Assembly (NCBI RefSeq): GCF_964355755.1
Contig: NC_092670.1
Span: 32,910,388-32,974,387 of the forward strand
Direction: 5' to 3'
Length of the DNA: 64,000 nt
Source: Antedon mediterranea
Taxonomy: Eukaryota; Animalia; Echinodermata
Below the pieces are notes generated by a model that ran no database searches, had not been told where the DNA came from, and saw only the letters and a program-made list of their open reading frames with translations. Both the position numbers and the translations under genes were made by a program. Shown here piece after piece: positions 37,942 to 52,682 of this stretch (its first letter is position 1; every line of letters begins with the position of its first letter).

Positions 37942-40900
37942 TCAAGTAATTTGTGTTGTCACCGTTGACGTAGTAATTCGGTTCTTCTTAAACCTCTTCT
38001 TAAAACATTCGTTTGTCTATAAAACGACAAAACATACCAATATTATTATATATACAGGTTCAGTGCATGTTATCGTACATCGAATTAGGTTGTTATATTT
38101 GTTTGTCATGCGCCACCTATTTAGCCTGTTGTATGACAGTACGTTTTAATCTTACTGCAGGTCTAAACAGCAATAATGATGATAATACCTCGTTATCAAG
38201 TAGACAGTAGATGACGAATATAAATAAGCCTTGGCATCCGTTCAACACGTTGAATATGTAATCAACAAATGTTGTATCAGAACTGACAGCTAATGGTCCA
38301 ATGAGCCACGTGGTACCCATTAGAGGTAGAAGCATTGCAGTTCCTTTGGCTGCTTTCCTGTACATTTTAATAAGACTTGTAATTAATTGGATTTCTAACG
38401 TATATCTAACCAACAATATTCTAAAAAGTTGATAATTTAAAGGACATTGTAATTTCAAAATTATTTCTAACCTCAGCTGTTTAAATGTAGTTTTCTCTCC
38501 TGTTGATTTTCCTACCATGTTTCCAGATCTTTTGTAGATTGTCAAGACAACGTAGATCAAAATAGCTGTATTAATCTGAAAAAAAATTGTACAGTTGATT
38601 TTGAATATGAGGTTTGGATTTCATAATAAAAGCAACATTAGTGTATAGGCCTATTTGTTTTTGGTATTGACCACGAAATAATTACGCAGTAATGGTGCGG
38701 TGTTTGGTTTATTTCGCATGACCAAAGAAAACAGGTTAAAATCTTATTCGAAAGACGGTATGATCTCAACAAATTATGTTTTGTCTCCAGTGATCTTTCT
38801 CCCTCGCCATTTATGCATACATACATTTAACTGTCATGTTAATTGGTCTTACCAAAGCAATACATGCTGCGGGTGCTACAAACGTCCATATCATGCCTGT
38901 TTCTGGACTGAGCCAACATCTAGAAAAACAATTTAAAAAAGAACATTTAAAATAACACTACACTAAGAACTTCAGTGATGCATTGGTCATCACTACCTAA
39001 TTAAGTAAACATAAACCATTATATAAAACTAAAACTTACAGGTTATTGACATTAAACTTAGAAGCAAATGATCCAACAGAAATCGCAACGATCACGAAGG
39101 AAACTCCATAACAGAATATGAAATAATACCTAAGTAGGTAGAAGTTGGCGTTACTTGACATAGAAAGCTTAGACTGTAAGTACACTGCTTCTGCGCACAT
39201 CCAAGTGAATGTATTAAGTGATGTGAAATGAAGAAGAATACTTATGCATTTACAAACAATCTGAAAAACGATATTAAAATGAAACATGTTGGTTTAGTTT
39301 AAATGAAAAGTTTTATTTAAACATTCTTACAAGACACACCGCTTGACTCATTGACAGTTTTAATTATTGTTTTTCCTTCAATAAATTATGCTTTTATTGA
39401 TATTTCATTTAATTAATTAAGAAACACTGAATATTATCAATACTTTTTGTAAACATCTGAAATGCTCTATTTGGTTACGTCGTTAATTTATGTAATGTGC
39501 ATAGACGTTCATGGGGGCTGAAGTGCCTATTGTATTATTATCAGCAGATTTTTTCATAGACTCTCTTCTTCTAGATGTGCTTTTATGTGCACGCATACCC
39601 AGTCCGATTTCACAAATTACCATTTTTGAGGAATAAAAAGTAAAGTAATAATTTTGTATAATTTAAACGAATAAAGAAAAAAAGTTACCTCATTTTCTGT
39701 TTTGTCTATTCCAAACAAGAACAGAGATTGCATTATAATCATATTAATCACCAAGTTCTTATGAATTGAATTGCGCACAGATTTCCACAACTCTCTAAGA
39801 ATTAAATGTCAAATTATTATGTTCGTTTACGAATATACTACGTTGTTAAAATATGCCTTACACATTAAAAATATAATAAAATTGAAACTTACGAAAACGA
39901 GAAGTAAATGATGAGTGTTATCACCAAAGAAATAATTGATAGTGATACACACACTGTTGACATTAAGCTTAGCGTTTCATTGTTTTCATAAGAAACCTTT
40001 ATGGAAAAATATTTTATTATTAAGCTATTAAATTAAATTTGAATAAACTACAACATTGTAAGATTATTAGATACATTTTAAAGCAAACTTGTCGCGTATT
40101 ATTTTACTTTTTGCAAATATGTAATCTTTGCAATCGTATGGTTGTTAAAAATGTGTGATACACACTCATTGAGTTAAATATTATTTGGACGGAAGCACTC
40201 GAAAAATAAAAAATCGCCACAAACAGTTTCCATTATTTTGGTAGCTTACATTTTCTGTTGTAACTTTCATTAACACGCTAAAACTCGTTAGATGTTCAGA
40301 ATAGCACGAAACTTTGTCCTGAGAATACGACGTAGTGACCATACCGGCATCACTCCAAGTACTGTACAAGAACAATACCAGCATTGGTGAGTGACGAAAA
40401 AAAAAATGTTTAGGAAAAAAACATTTTATAAGCACTGAAGAATAGAACATTTTCATGTGTTTGATTCTAGAAAATAGAGATTAATTGAACACGCAGTAAG
40501 ACATTGTCAGGAACACAAAACTGTGTACGGAATTACACCAGAATATTGTGAAAATATACTGTAACAGTTAACTGCATATACACTGCATAAACTTACCTTC
40601 GTGTTTCATCGTAGAACACGCAAAACATCTCCCATTCTTCCTTATTAGTCACCGAGGAACTCTAAAAGAAGATATATAAGAAGATAATAACTTAGTACAT
40701 CTTTTGAGAACAGTAGGAGGTTACCCCGGTGTACTAGTACACATACAGCCACTGATCATAATTGGACCCTCTCTGGGAGACCAGTCTTTGACTGAATAGG
40801 TTGCCCAGTATAAAATTTAAGTAATCACTAATAGTATAATGTAAGAAATTCTAAGTTGTACTTACAACTTGCATGGTCATGGTGAATTCTATTTTTGCAT

Positions 40901-43900
40901 CCAAATGCATTTGGTCATTGAAATCGTAAACAATAGAGGAAAATACCATTCCGTTGAAATATCTAAATGCAATGTTTGCATTAGATCTGATGGAAAGTAA
41001 TGCAGAAAAGTAAGATATAGGATTTGTTTTAAAGAGTAAAGTAAAAAAGAAATATTCTCATTTCATCAAATGATGACTATTACTTTATTTGTCTTTTGAA
41101 TGTATATTACCTTACCATGCAATTCAGCAGATTTGCTGCCAATTGACTTGTTTTTAATAAAAAAAAAATAAAGAAAAGAATCATTTTATAAAATCCACAT
41201 ATTTAATAACACTTTATATAAAGAAATAACTTACAAATTAGAAATATCAACATTTTCATTAACAGATTCATTCTCGCCCATTGTGTTGTTACTGTAAGAT
41301 GCTATAATTAGCATATCACCTTGAAGAAAAATTAATTAAAATTACAAATAATATTTACCAAAATAAAATATCGAATCTATATTTAGTCATAAAAAGAACA
41401 TATAATATAAAATATAGAGAAAAGAAGAATGAATATGTTTTATCTTTTTCAGAATTTGGTCAAGAAGTGCTATAAGTCGTATGATTATTTATTACTACCA
41501 AAATACAAGAAGAATGAATGTATGAAGTGTCATTTGTAATATAAAGTAATAACAAATAACACATAGAAATAAATTTAATAGAGAAAAAAAAAATGAGTTT
41601 CATCTAATTAGCAACATCATTGCAATTGGCTTTTGGCTAAATTCAATTCGAATTACTATGCTATTCATAGTCCTATCATATTAAAATATTGTAATTGTAA
41701 GAATGGCACGATCTCCATATTTGGGAAAAATCTCCAATAAACATAAATAGATAGCAAGTGAAGGGTCTAATCAAACCTGTATTTTCAGCTATAATTTTCA
41801 GATCAAAATCCAGCTGATTATCGTCATGTTCCAGACTGCTATTAACGGATATCTTGCTCTCAATCACTACTAATCCAGCTACAAAAAAAACCATAAATAT
41901 ATCATCATGTCTTTTCTAACAACACTACAAGACACTTCCAAAAACCTGATTGAATATTTATTTAGTTTTGATTTGAATATATACTTTTTAGGAAGCTCAA
42001 ATTTGAATCTCAAATAAATAAGAACTTGCCATATGTTTCTTCCTCATAAACTGTCCGCTCCATTGCTTGTAAGTTTGATATTTCGGATAAAACTCCTTGT
42101 TCAAACTCATGGAATTCAGTTATGAATAATTCCATTGTCTAAAAAAAGAATTAAGTATGTTACACTTTACAACTAAAACTAAATCTACTAACGGAATTAT
42201 TCTTATTCTCTAACGATCATGCATAGATTGGAATTATTTGTTTTAATTGTTACCTATTGTGTTCATAAATACGAACTATTTACGAAAAGTACTCTAAATT
42301 TGTTAAAAGAGAAGGGAATGAAAATAAAATATCATTAAGTAAAAATAGTATGTTGTAAAAAAATAAACTGTAATCATCCTACCATTTCTGTTTCTGAAGA
42401 TTCCAAATCGAAGCAAAAAAAAAAAAACAATAATGATAAGCTTATTAAAATGAAAATAATTATATAAATCAGCATAGTTAGTTTATTAACACAGCTAAAA
42501 ATCTACCAGGCTGGGAGTAAACAAGGAAAATTCTAAAAACATAGGCTGAGAAAAGCATTTTTCAGATTGAAATGTGGCTTACAACAGTTAGTAGAACTTT
42601 TGTGGGTTTAGGCCTAAGTTTTTGGAATAGTTTTAAAGCTGTTAGATTTAGTAATGAATAACTTATTGTTAAGAATATGAGATTCATCGACGAATCATTG
42701 CATCATAACAGCTATGATTTAAGACTTCCTTCAGTTTTTTTTTGTAGACCATTACACTCAAGCAACACAAACATCTATATGGTAAGGTATGGATATACAG
42801 ATATACCAAAAAAAAAATTAAGGAAGAATAGGGGGTGGGAAAAATGTTTGGGGGGTGTTAAAGGTCATTGACCTCATTTTATAATACTAAAATTGTATCT
42901 TCGCAACAAAATATGGTATATGGTTGAGCTTGGTGTCGAAATGCACACACTTATGCCAGGAATTAAATAAAATTAAATTGGACCCATATGATCATATCTT
43001 GACCCTAAAAAATCAGGTCAAAGGTCAACATACCCATTTTTTGGGGTTAACACATACTTATAAATACACTATCAAGTCAAATATTACATTATAAAGTGCA
43101 TGTCATCTGATTTGTGTAGTTATGGGTATACAGATATACCAAAAAGAAAGTAAGGAAGGAAAATTCTTTTTTTTTGTGTTAAAGGTCATTGACCTAAAAA
43201 TCTTTGCAACAAAGTATGATATAAGGTTGATCTTGGTGTCAAAATGCACAGATTAGAAATGAACCACAAATATTGCTCCACTATGACTATATCTTCACTG
43301 TTACAAATGAGGTCAAAGGTTAATATACCCATTTTGTGTTTTCCACATAAATTAGGATAGTCTATCCTGTCCAGAATTGCATTATATTATATATAAAAAA
43401 AAAACACTCACTAAATTATTTATGACTTCAGGTCTGAGAGAAAACAAGTGGAAACATGTTTTTTTTTTATTAAAGGTCATCTAACAGATTGTGTTAAATG
43501 ATTGATACCTGTATATTTATAATACATACAATTTGCATAAATAATAAAAACATAATGATAATAATGATACACATGCTACTTATTGGTAATCAGTTCCTCT
43601 TCATCACTAGGTTCGTTTGCACTTGAACCATTCGAGCAGTGTCAACATCACACCCCATATGCAGAAACGCATGATAATCCTACCTTAATACAGCTGCATT
43701 TAAGTCATTGACTCTGCCTATCGCCTTCTTTGCAGTTGCAGCATATTCCTTTTAGAAGACCATCTGGTGTGATCTCCATGTAATCATTTTCCACCTTAGA
43801 TGTCCGTTACTATCCAGATCCTATTCTCTTCCAACAGGCTCAAGAACGGATTTGTTCAGAATACAACTTGTACATGAACCCGAAAAGAGTGCTGTGTAGC

Positions 43901-46900
43901 TGCATTTTCTGTTGGTGGTAGACGGTATGGGTCAATTTTACCCTTTAATTGCTGCTTGTTTTTGAAACTTTTCATAACGAGTCTTTTCAAGAAGTGTATG
44001 TTGGTTTCCATATGTAACCTGCCTTGCTATTAACCCTGCTCTTTGGGTGGCGTTATCAGTCGACCGCATATTCGTAAATGTAGTGTAGACAGTATTGGGA
44101 AACTTGCATTTATAGATTGCACATTAATTGGTGTGGCCATAAATGCAAGAAACCGTGTCTTTTACTGACCAACCATACTTAAACAGAAACTCTTCCTTCT
44201 CACCCATTTTAGATATATCATAGAGGTCAACAGCATCTCCGTCATCTTCTGCTTGATGCACACAGATATTGTAATATTTATTTTTTATTGTTATTTTCAA
44301 TATTTCTACATAACAAAAAAATATAAAGTATAACAGGGGAGTAGCGGAAAAGCAAAAGTAATAAAACTGTCATCTTGTGATGTGCTTGACCAGCCCCTGT
44401 CAACTAGGACGATACAATAAAACCGACATTAACAAATTTAGAAAAATACATAAAAAAATATGCAATAATAAAATGTTAACAAAAGTGTTATAAAATGCAA
44501 TTGCTATCTGAAAATAAAATAAAATGTAATTCATAAGCTCAGTAGTTATCATCTTGATTAGTGAAGATTTGTTCTTTTCATTTACTAGAAAGACCTCCCT
44601 GTCGCAAGAAATGATCAATTCTGGTGTTATTCGTAGTGTCTGTGAAACTTTTTTCCCTGTCATCCGACGTTTATGTTCGTGGTATTTTGTTGAAGGTTTA
44701 TTCCCATAGCCATCGAAGACTACTGTGATTTTTACACCCTAGTTGTCATAGTAGCACAATACACGGATAACTGTACTAGTATAGTGTTACTATGTTATCA
44801 TCGGCCTGGCAACTGTTTTAATCTATTTCTACAATCAGATGCTGATGGTCTCTTGATATATCTAAAAAAGATATCGGTGACAAAGAAGAGTTTCTGTTTA
44901 AGTATGGTTGGTCAGGAAACGACACAGTTTCTTGAATTTATGGCCACATCAAATGTGCAATATATAAATGCAAATGATCATAGGCATCTTGGTGTAATGC
45001 TTAATGCAAAACTCAAGTGGGATTCCCATATCCAATCTGTAATTAACAAAGCGTCTTTATCTTTAAATATGCTACGTCGTGTCAAACATATTCTACCTCG
45101 ACAGGCTCTCTGTCACATTTACATATCACACGTTAGACCATTAATGGAATATGCAGCTCCTGTTTGGTGTAATATTCCAGATAAATTATGTGATGAACTA
45201 GAAAATATCCAGATTTCTGCAGGTAGAATATGTACTGGTGCGTGGAAACATACAAGTCATAATGCATTAAGACAAGAATTAGGCTGGTTATCATTGGAAA
45301 AACGTAGACAATTTCTTAACCTAATACTGTTTTTTTTAAATTATTCATAAGTTAACACCAGTGTATCTTTACTCCTTATTTAATTTTTCTGACAATATTG
45401 AAGTTTATAACTTGCGTAACATCCGAAATATAATAATTCCATTTTGTAAGACCACATCATATCGTTTATCTTTTGTCCCATCTATTATAACACATTGGAA
45501 TGAGTTAAATAATGAAATAAAAAATTCCTCATTTCTTGTTGAGTTTAAAAAATTGCTACTGAAATCCAATTTGTTTGAAACAAAAAAAACGTTCTTATTA
45601 TGATACAGGTGATAAGAAGATTAACCAAATTCACACTAGAATCCGACTTGGTTTCAGCTGTCTCAATTCACATTTATTCTTACATGGACTTCGGGACAAT
45701 CCAAATTGTACTTGTGGCTTTAATGTTGAGAATCCGCTTCATTTCTTATGTTACTGCCCTAATTATAATACACAAAGAGATATTCTACTTGTAAGCGCTA
45801 ACTCAATTATTGAGGATATCTTAGCTAAGGATTTTTCTTTAACATTTAATTTTACATTTTTAAGTGAAATTTTTATTTTTGGTTCCGATCTTCTTTCGAA
45901 TTGTGAAAATGCTTTATTATTTTATTATGTACAACAATTTCTTGTTAATTCTGGAAGATTTAATTGATGTTTCTGTTAGTTGTTTTAAAATGTTGTATTT
46001 GTTAATCTGAGGCGCCTTGAAGTTAAGATGGTTCCATCTTGTAAGGCGCCTCTGTGTAATATACTGAATAAAAAAAAAAAAAAAAAAAAATGCAAGTTTT
46101 CCAATACTGTCTACACTTACATTTACGAATATGCGGTCGACTGATAACGCCATCAAAACAGCAGGGTTAATAGCAATGCTGGTTACATATGGAAGCGTAA
46201 ATACACTTCTTGAAAAGGCTCGTTATGAAAAGTTTAAAAAACAAGCAGCAAAGGATAAAATTGACCCAGACAGTCTACCACCAACAGAAAATGCAGCTAC
46301 GCAGCACTCTTTTCGGGTTCATCTACAAGTTGTGGTCTGGAAACATCTGAACACATCCATTCTTGAGCCTGTTGGAAGAGGATGGGATCTTGATAGTAAC
46401 GGAATTCTAAGGCCGAAAATGATTACATGTAGTATCACACCAGATGCTCTTCTAAAAGGAATATGCTGCAACTGCAAAGAAGGCGATGGGCAGTGTCAAT
46501 GACTTAAATGCAGCTGTATTAAGGTAGAATTGTCATGCGTTTCTGCATATGGGGTGTGATGTTGGCACTGCTCGAATGGTTCAAGTGCAAACGAACCTAG
46601 GGATGAAGAGGAACTGATTACCAATAAGTAGCATGTGTATCATTATTATCATTATGTTTTTATTATTTATGCAAATTGTATGTATTATAAATATACAGGT
46701 ATCAATCATTTAACACAATCTGTTAGATGACCTTAATAAAAAAAAACATGTTTCCACTTGCTTTCTCTCAGACCTGAAGTCATAAATAATTTAGTGAGTT
46801 TTTTTTTTATATATAATATAATGCAATTCTGGACAGGATAGACTATCCTAATTTATGTGGAAAACACAAAAATGGGTATAGTAACCTTTGACCTCATTTG

Positions 46901-49900
46901 TAACAGTGAAGATATAGTCATAGTGGATCAATGTTATATGTGGTTCATTTCTAGTATAGTTCTGTGCATTTTGACATCAACATCAACCTTATGTCTTACT
47001 TTGTTGTGAAGATACAATTTTTAGCATTTTTAAACAAGGTTAATGACCTTTAACACGAAAAAAAAAAAGAATTTCTTCACCCCCAATCCTTCCTTACTTG
47101 TTTTGGTATATCTGTATACCCATACCTACACAAATCAGTCGACATGTACTTTATAATGTAATATTTGACTTAACAGGTATAGGTATATTGACCTTTGAAC
47201 TGATTTTTGAGGGTCAAGATATGGTCATAACGGTTCAAATTATTATTTTTTAATTCCTGGCATAATTGTGTGCATTTTGACACCAAGCTCAACCATATAC
47301 CATATTTTGTTGCGAAGATACCATATTTTGCATTTTAAAATGAGGTCAATGACCTTTAACATCCCCAAAAAAATGTTCCCCACCCCCTATCCTTCCTTAC
47401 TTTTTTTTAATATATCTGTATACCCATACCTACACAAATCCATTTAAATCAGCTTCTTTGCAAGTTTTTTGCAGATATACCATTATTTTGATTATTATGG
47501 TTACTAGTTGAATAATGTTAGTATACACATTAATGCGACACTGCAAATTCAACGAGATTGTCTAAGGAACTAATTCGACCAAAACCACAATCAATCTTAT
47601 TTTTAGTTCGAAACCCGAGCTAATAGATGAATGTGGTGTGTATTGACTGTGCTTATTAGTGACCACTACATGGTATACGGTACCCAAAATTGGAAACTTA
47701 ATAAAAAAGAAAGCCGTTTTGTTGATTTTAGATATAGATTATGATTCGTTCCAATTAAAAACCCCATGGCAAAATGTTTTAAACTACCATAGGGTTGAGG
47801 AAGCATTGACTCTATGGCACTCCCTATTTATGGGTGTCAATAACAAACATGCACCTATAAAATCGAAACGCGTCCGAAGTACTTCCTTACCTTGGCTTGA
47901 TGTTGAAATAACCCGACTTATGCGTCTCATCAATAATTTCCCCTAGGCATTTACAATTCGTTTCTCTTACATTTACAGTATTGTTAATAGCAACATTAAA
48001 TTGTACATTGGAAATTTACTTTTTGGATCCAATGAGCATGGATTTACTCTTGTTTGAATTTATTGTAAGTTTGTTTCTAATGGCCCAACTGTTAACTGTG
48101 TCCGTGGTATGTTTAAATTATCTTCAATATCTTTAACGCTGGAGGAACTGTACGTGAGTCATCAGCATACATAAATAAATTACAATTTACAGGGATACAA
48201 TGTGGCAGATCACTGGTATAAATGCTAAATAACAGTGGTCCCAGAATGGATCCCTGTGGTACGCCAATGTTCAATGGCAGAGGTTTTGATATTTTACCAC
48301 CGATATTTATGGATTGACTTCGATCACTTAGGTACGATGTAAACCATTTATTTACAGAAGTTGACATTTGTACATTTTTAAGTTTATCTATTAGGATTGC
48401 GTGATCTACCGAGTCAAACGCTTTACTGAGATCAATGAAAACAGTGCCGGTCATTTCTCCCCGTTCCATAGCATGGAAACACGCATTAGTCAAATCATGC
48501 AATGTCGTTTCTGTTGAATGTAACGGCTTAAGTCCAGATTGGCAACGTGGAATTATACTATTTTCATTCAAAAACGAATAAATTACAAAGTGCACCCATC
48601 TTTCTAAAATCTTCGATATAATCGGTAGTATTGAAAAAGGCCTATAGTTGTTTCTATTGCATTTGTCTCAGCCCTTGTGAATGTGTGTGACCAATGCATG
48701 TTTCTAATCTGCGGGATATCGTTCACATTGTATTGAGAGGTTCAATACATGCGTTAACGATTGTATGATAGGTCCATTATACGGAGATGTTATTTTAAGC
48801 ATTTTCACACAAACTCCATCTGGACCTGTTGCTTTACTATGGCAAACATGGATATTATTTGCTTTCGAACAAAATCTTCCGTGATATTAGGCAGTATACA
48901 CGGTTGAGGTGGTTCGTAACGTGGTAAATTACGGACATTGTTGTCCATATCAGGTTCCGGTACTAAGTCGTCACTATTTGCCGGCCATGCGATGTCCAAT
49001 TGTTGAAAAATATTCATTGAACGTATCAGCAATGCCAACATGATCGTCAATGTTCTTTCCATCTTTGGAAAGGATTGAATTTGGGATAGATGTTTGTTTG
49101 TTCGGAAGAACCTCTTTTAGTTTCTTCCACAGCATTGAAGAATCACTTCTGTTAGCTTCAATGGCTGATGTGAAATATTCCCGTTTCTTTATACGGATGT
49201 TGTTGGTTACACTATTCCGTAGTTTTTATATAGTTCACTTTGTCGGTCGGTCGGTCAGTCTGTCGGTCTGTCTGTCGGTCCGGTGTCACTATGCGTTTTA
49301 TCGCTTTCTGACCTTATCTTGATATCAGTTTAATCTAGCTAAGTCAATTCAATCGGTGTGGTTATGTTTTCACGGTGTGCAATAAAAAATTACGCGGTCT
49401 ACGCACGATTTAACGAAATCACGTTTGTAATCATATCTTCACAACCATGAATCACAATTAAATAAAATGTAGTACTCATAAATTTCAGGGCATAAATCAT
49501 CATATGGCAATACAATTACATGCGTAGCGCATGTAACGCATGCGTACGCGCGCTTAAAATTTTCAAAATTTATTTTCGATGAAATACGTTTCAGACAATT
49601 TTAAGCGTTTACAAAATTGCCATGAGTGCGCAGTTGCGCGCGCACTGCGCGTTAAATGTTATTGCGCACTCTATTTTGGTAAGTTGGTAGGTTGGTCGGT
49701 CGGTAAACACTAATGAGCACGCGACTGCAGCCATCTATATGGCCTTGTTTTAATGCATTCCAATCTATTTCTAAATTAGATTGTTTTGCGATTGCATGTG
49801 CACGATCACGTTGACGTTAAGTTGGACGCCACATGTTGAACATGTTAAGAAAACAGTTTCATCTAAACTGGGTATGTTAAGCAGAGTACAGAGCTGTGTC

Positions 49901-51533
49901 TCCCAACGAAGTCAAAACACACTCTATGTAAGTTTAGTTAGGCCAACGTTGGACTGCTGCTGTACAGTATGTGGAGGTCGGTACATATCCCACAATACTT
50001 TGCTTAACAAGTGTATGAAAAGAGCAGCTAGAATAATATTAAAGTGTGATTTTCTTACCCCGTCATCTGATGATGACCATACTGGTTTTTAAATGTCTCA
50101 ACAATTTGGCACCCCCGGGCATGACAAACCTATTCACTCCATTACTTCAAACTCAAACGAGGCAGTCAACAACTATGAAGTTGAAGGTCCCTTTTGCGAA
50201 AAAGGAAAGTTACCTCACGGGTTTTTGTGTAGGCCTAAGTGGGACAAATATATGGAACAATTTGCATATCGACTTGAGAACCGAGACGTCTGTAAATGTT
50301 TTTAAATCTAATTTGTATGATATAATGCCTTAAGTACAATTAAGACCTTACTGTGTTCAAAATGAGAGGAGCTACGTTGCCCTCAAATTGTAATTGTATC
50401 CGAATTTATTGTTGTATTATTATTGATTTTTTTTCCATATTTTTATTGTAATACATTATTAACTGTGCAGGGTCCCAATAGAAACCAGTTTTTAACTGTT
50501 TTGGCCACCCTGGGAAAATAAATGTAAATAAATAAATAATAAGGGCCTATTCAGGAAAAGATTAGAAACCTTTATTTTGTTAATACAGCTAACTAACCTT
50601 CAACTTTTATTGTAAAACTGCAGCTCTCTCTGTTATCATAAGAGTCGGTTACATTGAACACAAACAGGTGCCTTCCAATCGCAAGAATAGCGGGAAATAC
50701 ATCTGTTGGATTCGGAAAGATTTCCAAAAGTGTTTTCGAGTTGTCAGTTGCAATAATATCGGCTGAATAGTCAACGGTGGCCGTGGGTTTATTGAAATGA
50801 GTTAGTATCAAATTGTCCGACGGACATGTCAAAACAGGCTTTTCGATATCTATGGAAAATTGATCAATCTGTTATGTTCTTGTAAACAAATGGAGACATC
50901 ATAATGATGTATCCGTACGTGACGATAGTGTTTCACTAAATATAGACAATTATTGTAAAACTCAAGCTCCCTTATTGACACAAACATATGTCTTACATAC
51001 TTACACATTTCACATATAGCTACAAAATGAATTTCACAGTTGCAATCATTCCAACTTTGTCCATTTCGAAGCAAAGCCACGCAATCTTCGTTATTGTCCC
51101 AATTGTTTGGTTCATTGAAATTCCAATCTAAATGATCAATAAAACTATAAAACAAACAAGCAACATCGTCATCGTCGCCGTCGTCAACGTCGTTGTCGTT
51201 ATCATCGTCGTCATCGTCATTACCATCATCATCATCAGGAACTTTTAGATTTTCACGTCGACTATGTCAACTGATACCCTATGACGTCATCAAAATATAA
51301 TTATGCGCATGCATACTGCCAAATTTAAGAACTTGTTCAATGGCATTTTTCCGTTCGCTCGTGAAGCGATTGAAGTATGACGTGATAACACTGAACAAGT
51401 TTATCAAACTCACCATCACCATCATCGTCATGTATCGCCGTGCTTAAAATAAAACGAGGCGCATTTGGGCTAGGAAGGTTGTGACAGTAACTCCATTACG
51501 GGGATATAATAATGTACACACACACACACACAC

Positions 51534-51623
<90 letters not shown>

Positions 51624-52632
51624 TGATTGTGAGGGCGTTTGTTGTATGAGAGAATGTATCTGGTGGGTGAAAATCTGTGATAATACCATACATGGCTCTG
51701 TGGTCTAGTGGTATGATACTCGCCCTGTAAGCGAGAGGTTGCAGGTTCGAATCCAGCCAGAGACATTTTTTCATACAACTACAAAATACGGAACTTTCGC
51801 CAATGAGCTATGCTCGACGCGATTATTAGATCATGTTCCGAATATGAGCACTGTTTCTATAATTTACAGTATGATTTATATATAATTTACACAGTGCTAC
51901 GCAACATCATTGATTTACATATACACAATATTATTTAAAAACCGTTGCGAATTAAAGTTGGAATTTATTCTGACTTGTTAAGCCTCCACTGATTGTGAGG
52001 GCGTTTGTTGTATGAGAGAATGTATCTGGTGGGTGAAAATCTGTGATAATACCATACATGGCTCTGTGGTCTAGTGGTATGATACTCGCCCTGTAAGCGA
52101 GAGGTTGCAGGTTCGAATCCAGCCAGAGACATTTTTTCATACAACTAAAAAATACGGAACTTTCGCCAATGAGCTATGCTCGACGCGATTATGAGATCAT
52201 GTTCCGAATATGAGCACTGTTTCTATGATTTATATATAATTTACACAGTGCTACGCAACATCATTGATTTACATATACACAATATTATTTAAAAACCGTT
52301 GCGAATTAAAGTTGGAATTTATTCTGACTTGTTAAGCCTCCACTGATTGTGTGGGCGTTTGTTGTATGAGAGAATGTATCTGGTGGGTGATAATCTGTGA
52401 TAATACCATACATGGCTCTGTGGTCTAGTGGTATGATACTCGCCCTGTAAGCGAGAGGTTGCAGGTTCGAATCCAGCCAGAGACATTTTTTCATACAACT
52501 AAAAAATACGGAACTTTCGCCAATGAGCTATGCTCGACGCGATTATGAGATCATGTTCCGAATATGGGCACTGTTTCTATAATTTACAGTATGATTTATA
52601 TATAATTTACACAGTGCTACGCAACATCATTG

Positions 52633-52682
<50 letters not shown>

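Larger units (their letters stand above)
51621..52635 (+). repeat. Tandem array of about 3 near-identical 354-366-bp units, each with a tRNA-like gene
   Basis: The unit CACTGATTGTG...GCTACGCAACATCATTGATTTA repeats three times, bounded by (TA)n on both sides. Confidence 0.95.

Noticed and set aside
51444-51774. ORFs with poly-(YI) tracts
   Set aside because: Translations of the (TA)n microsatellite.
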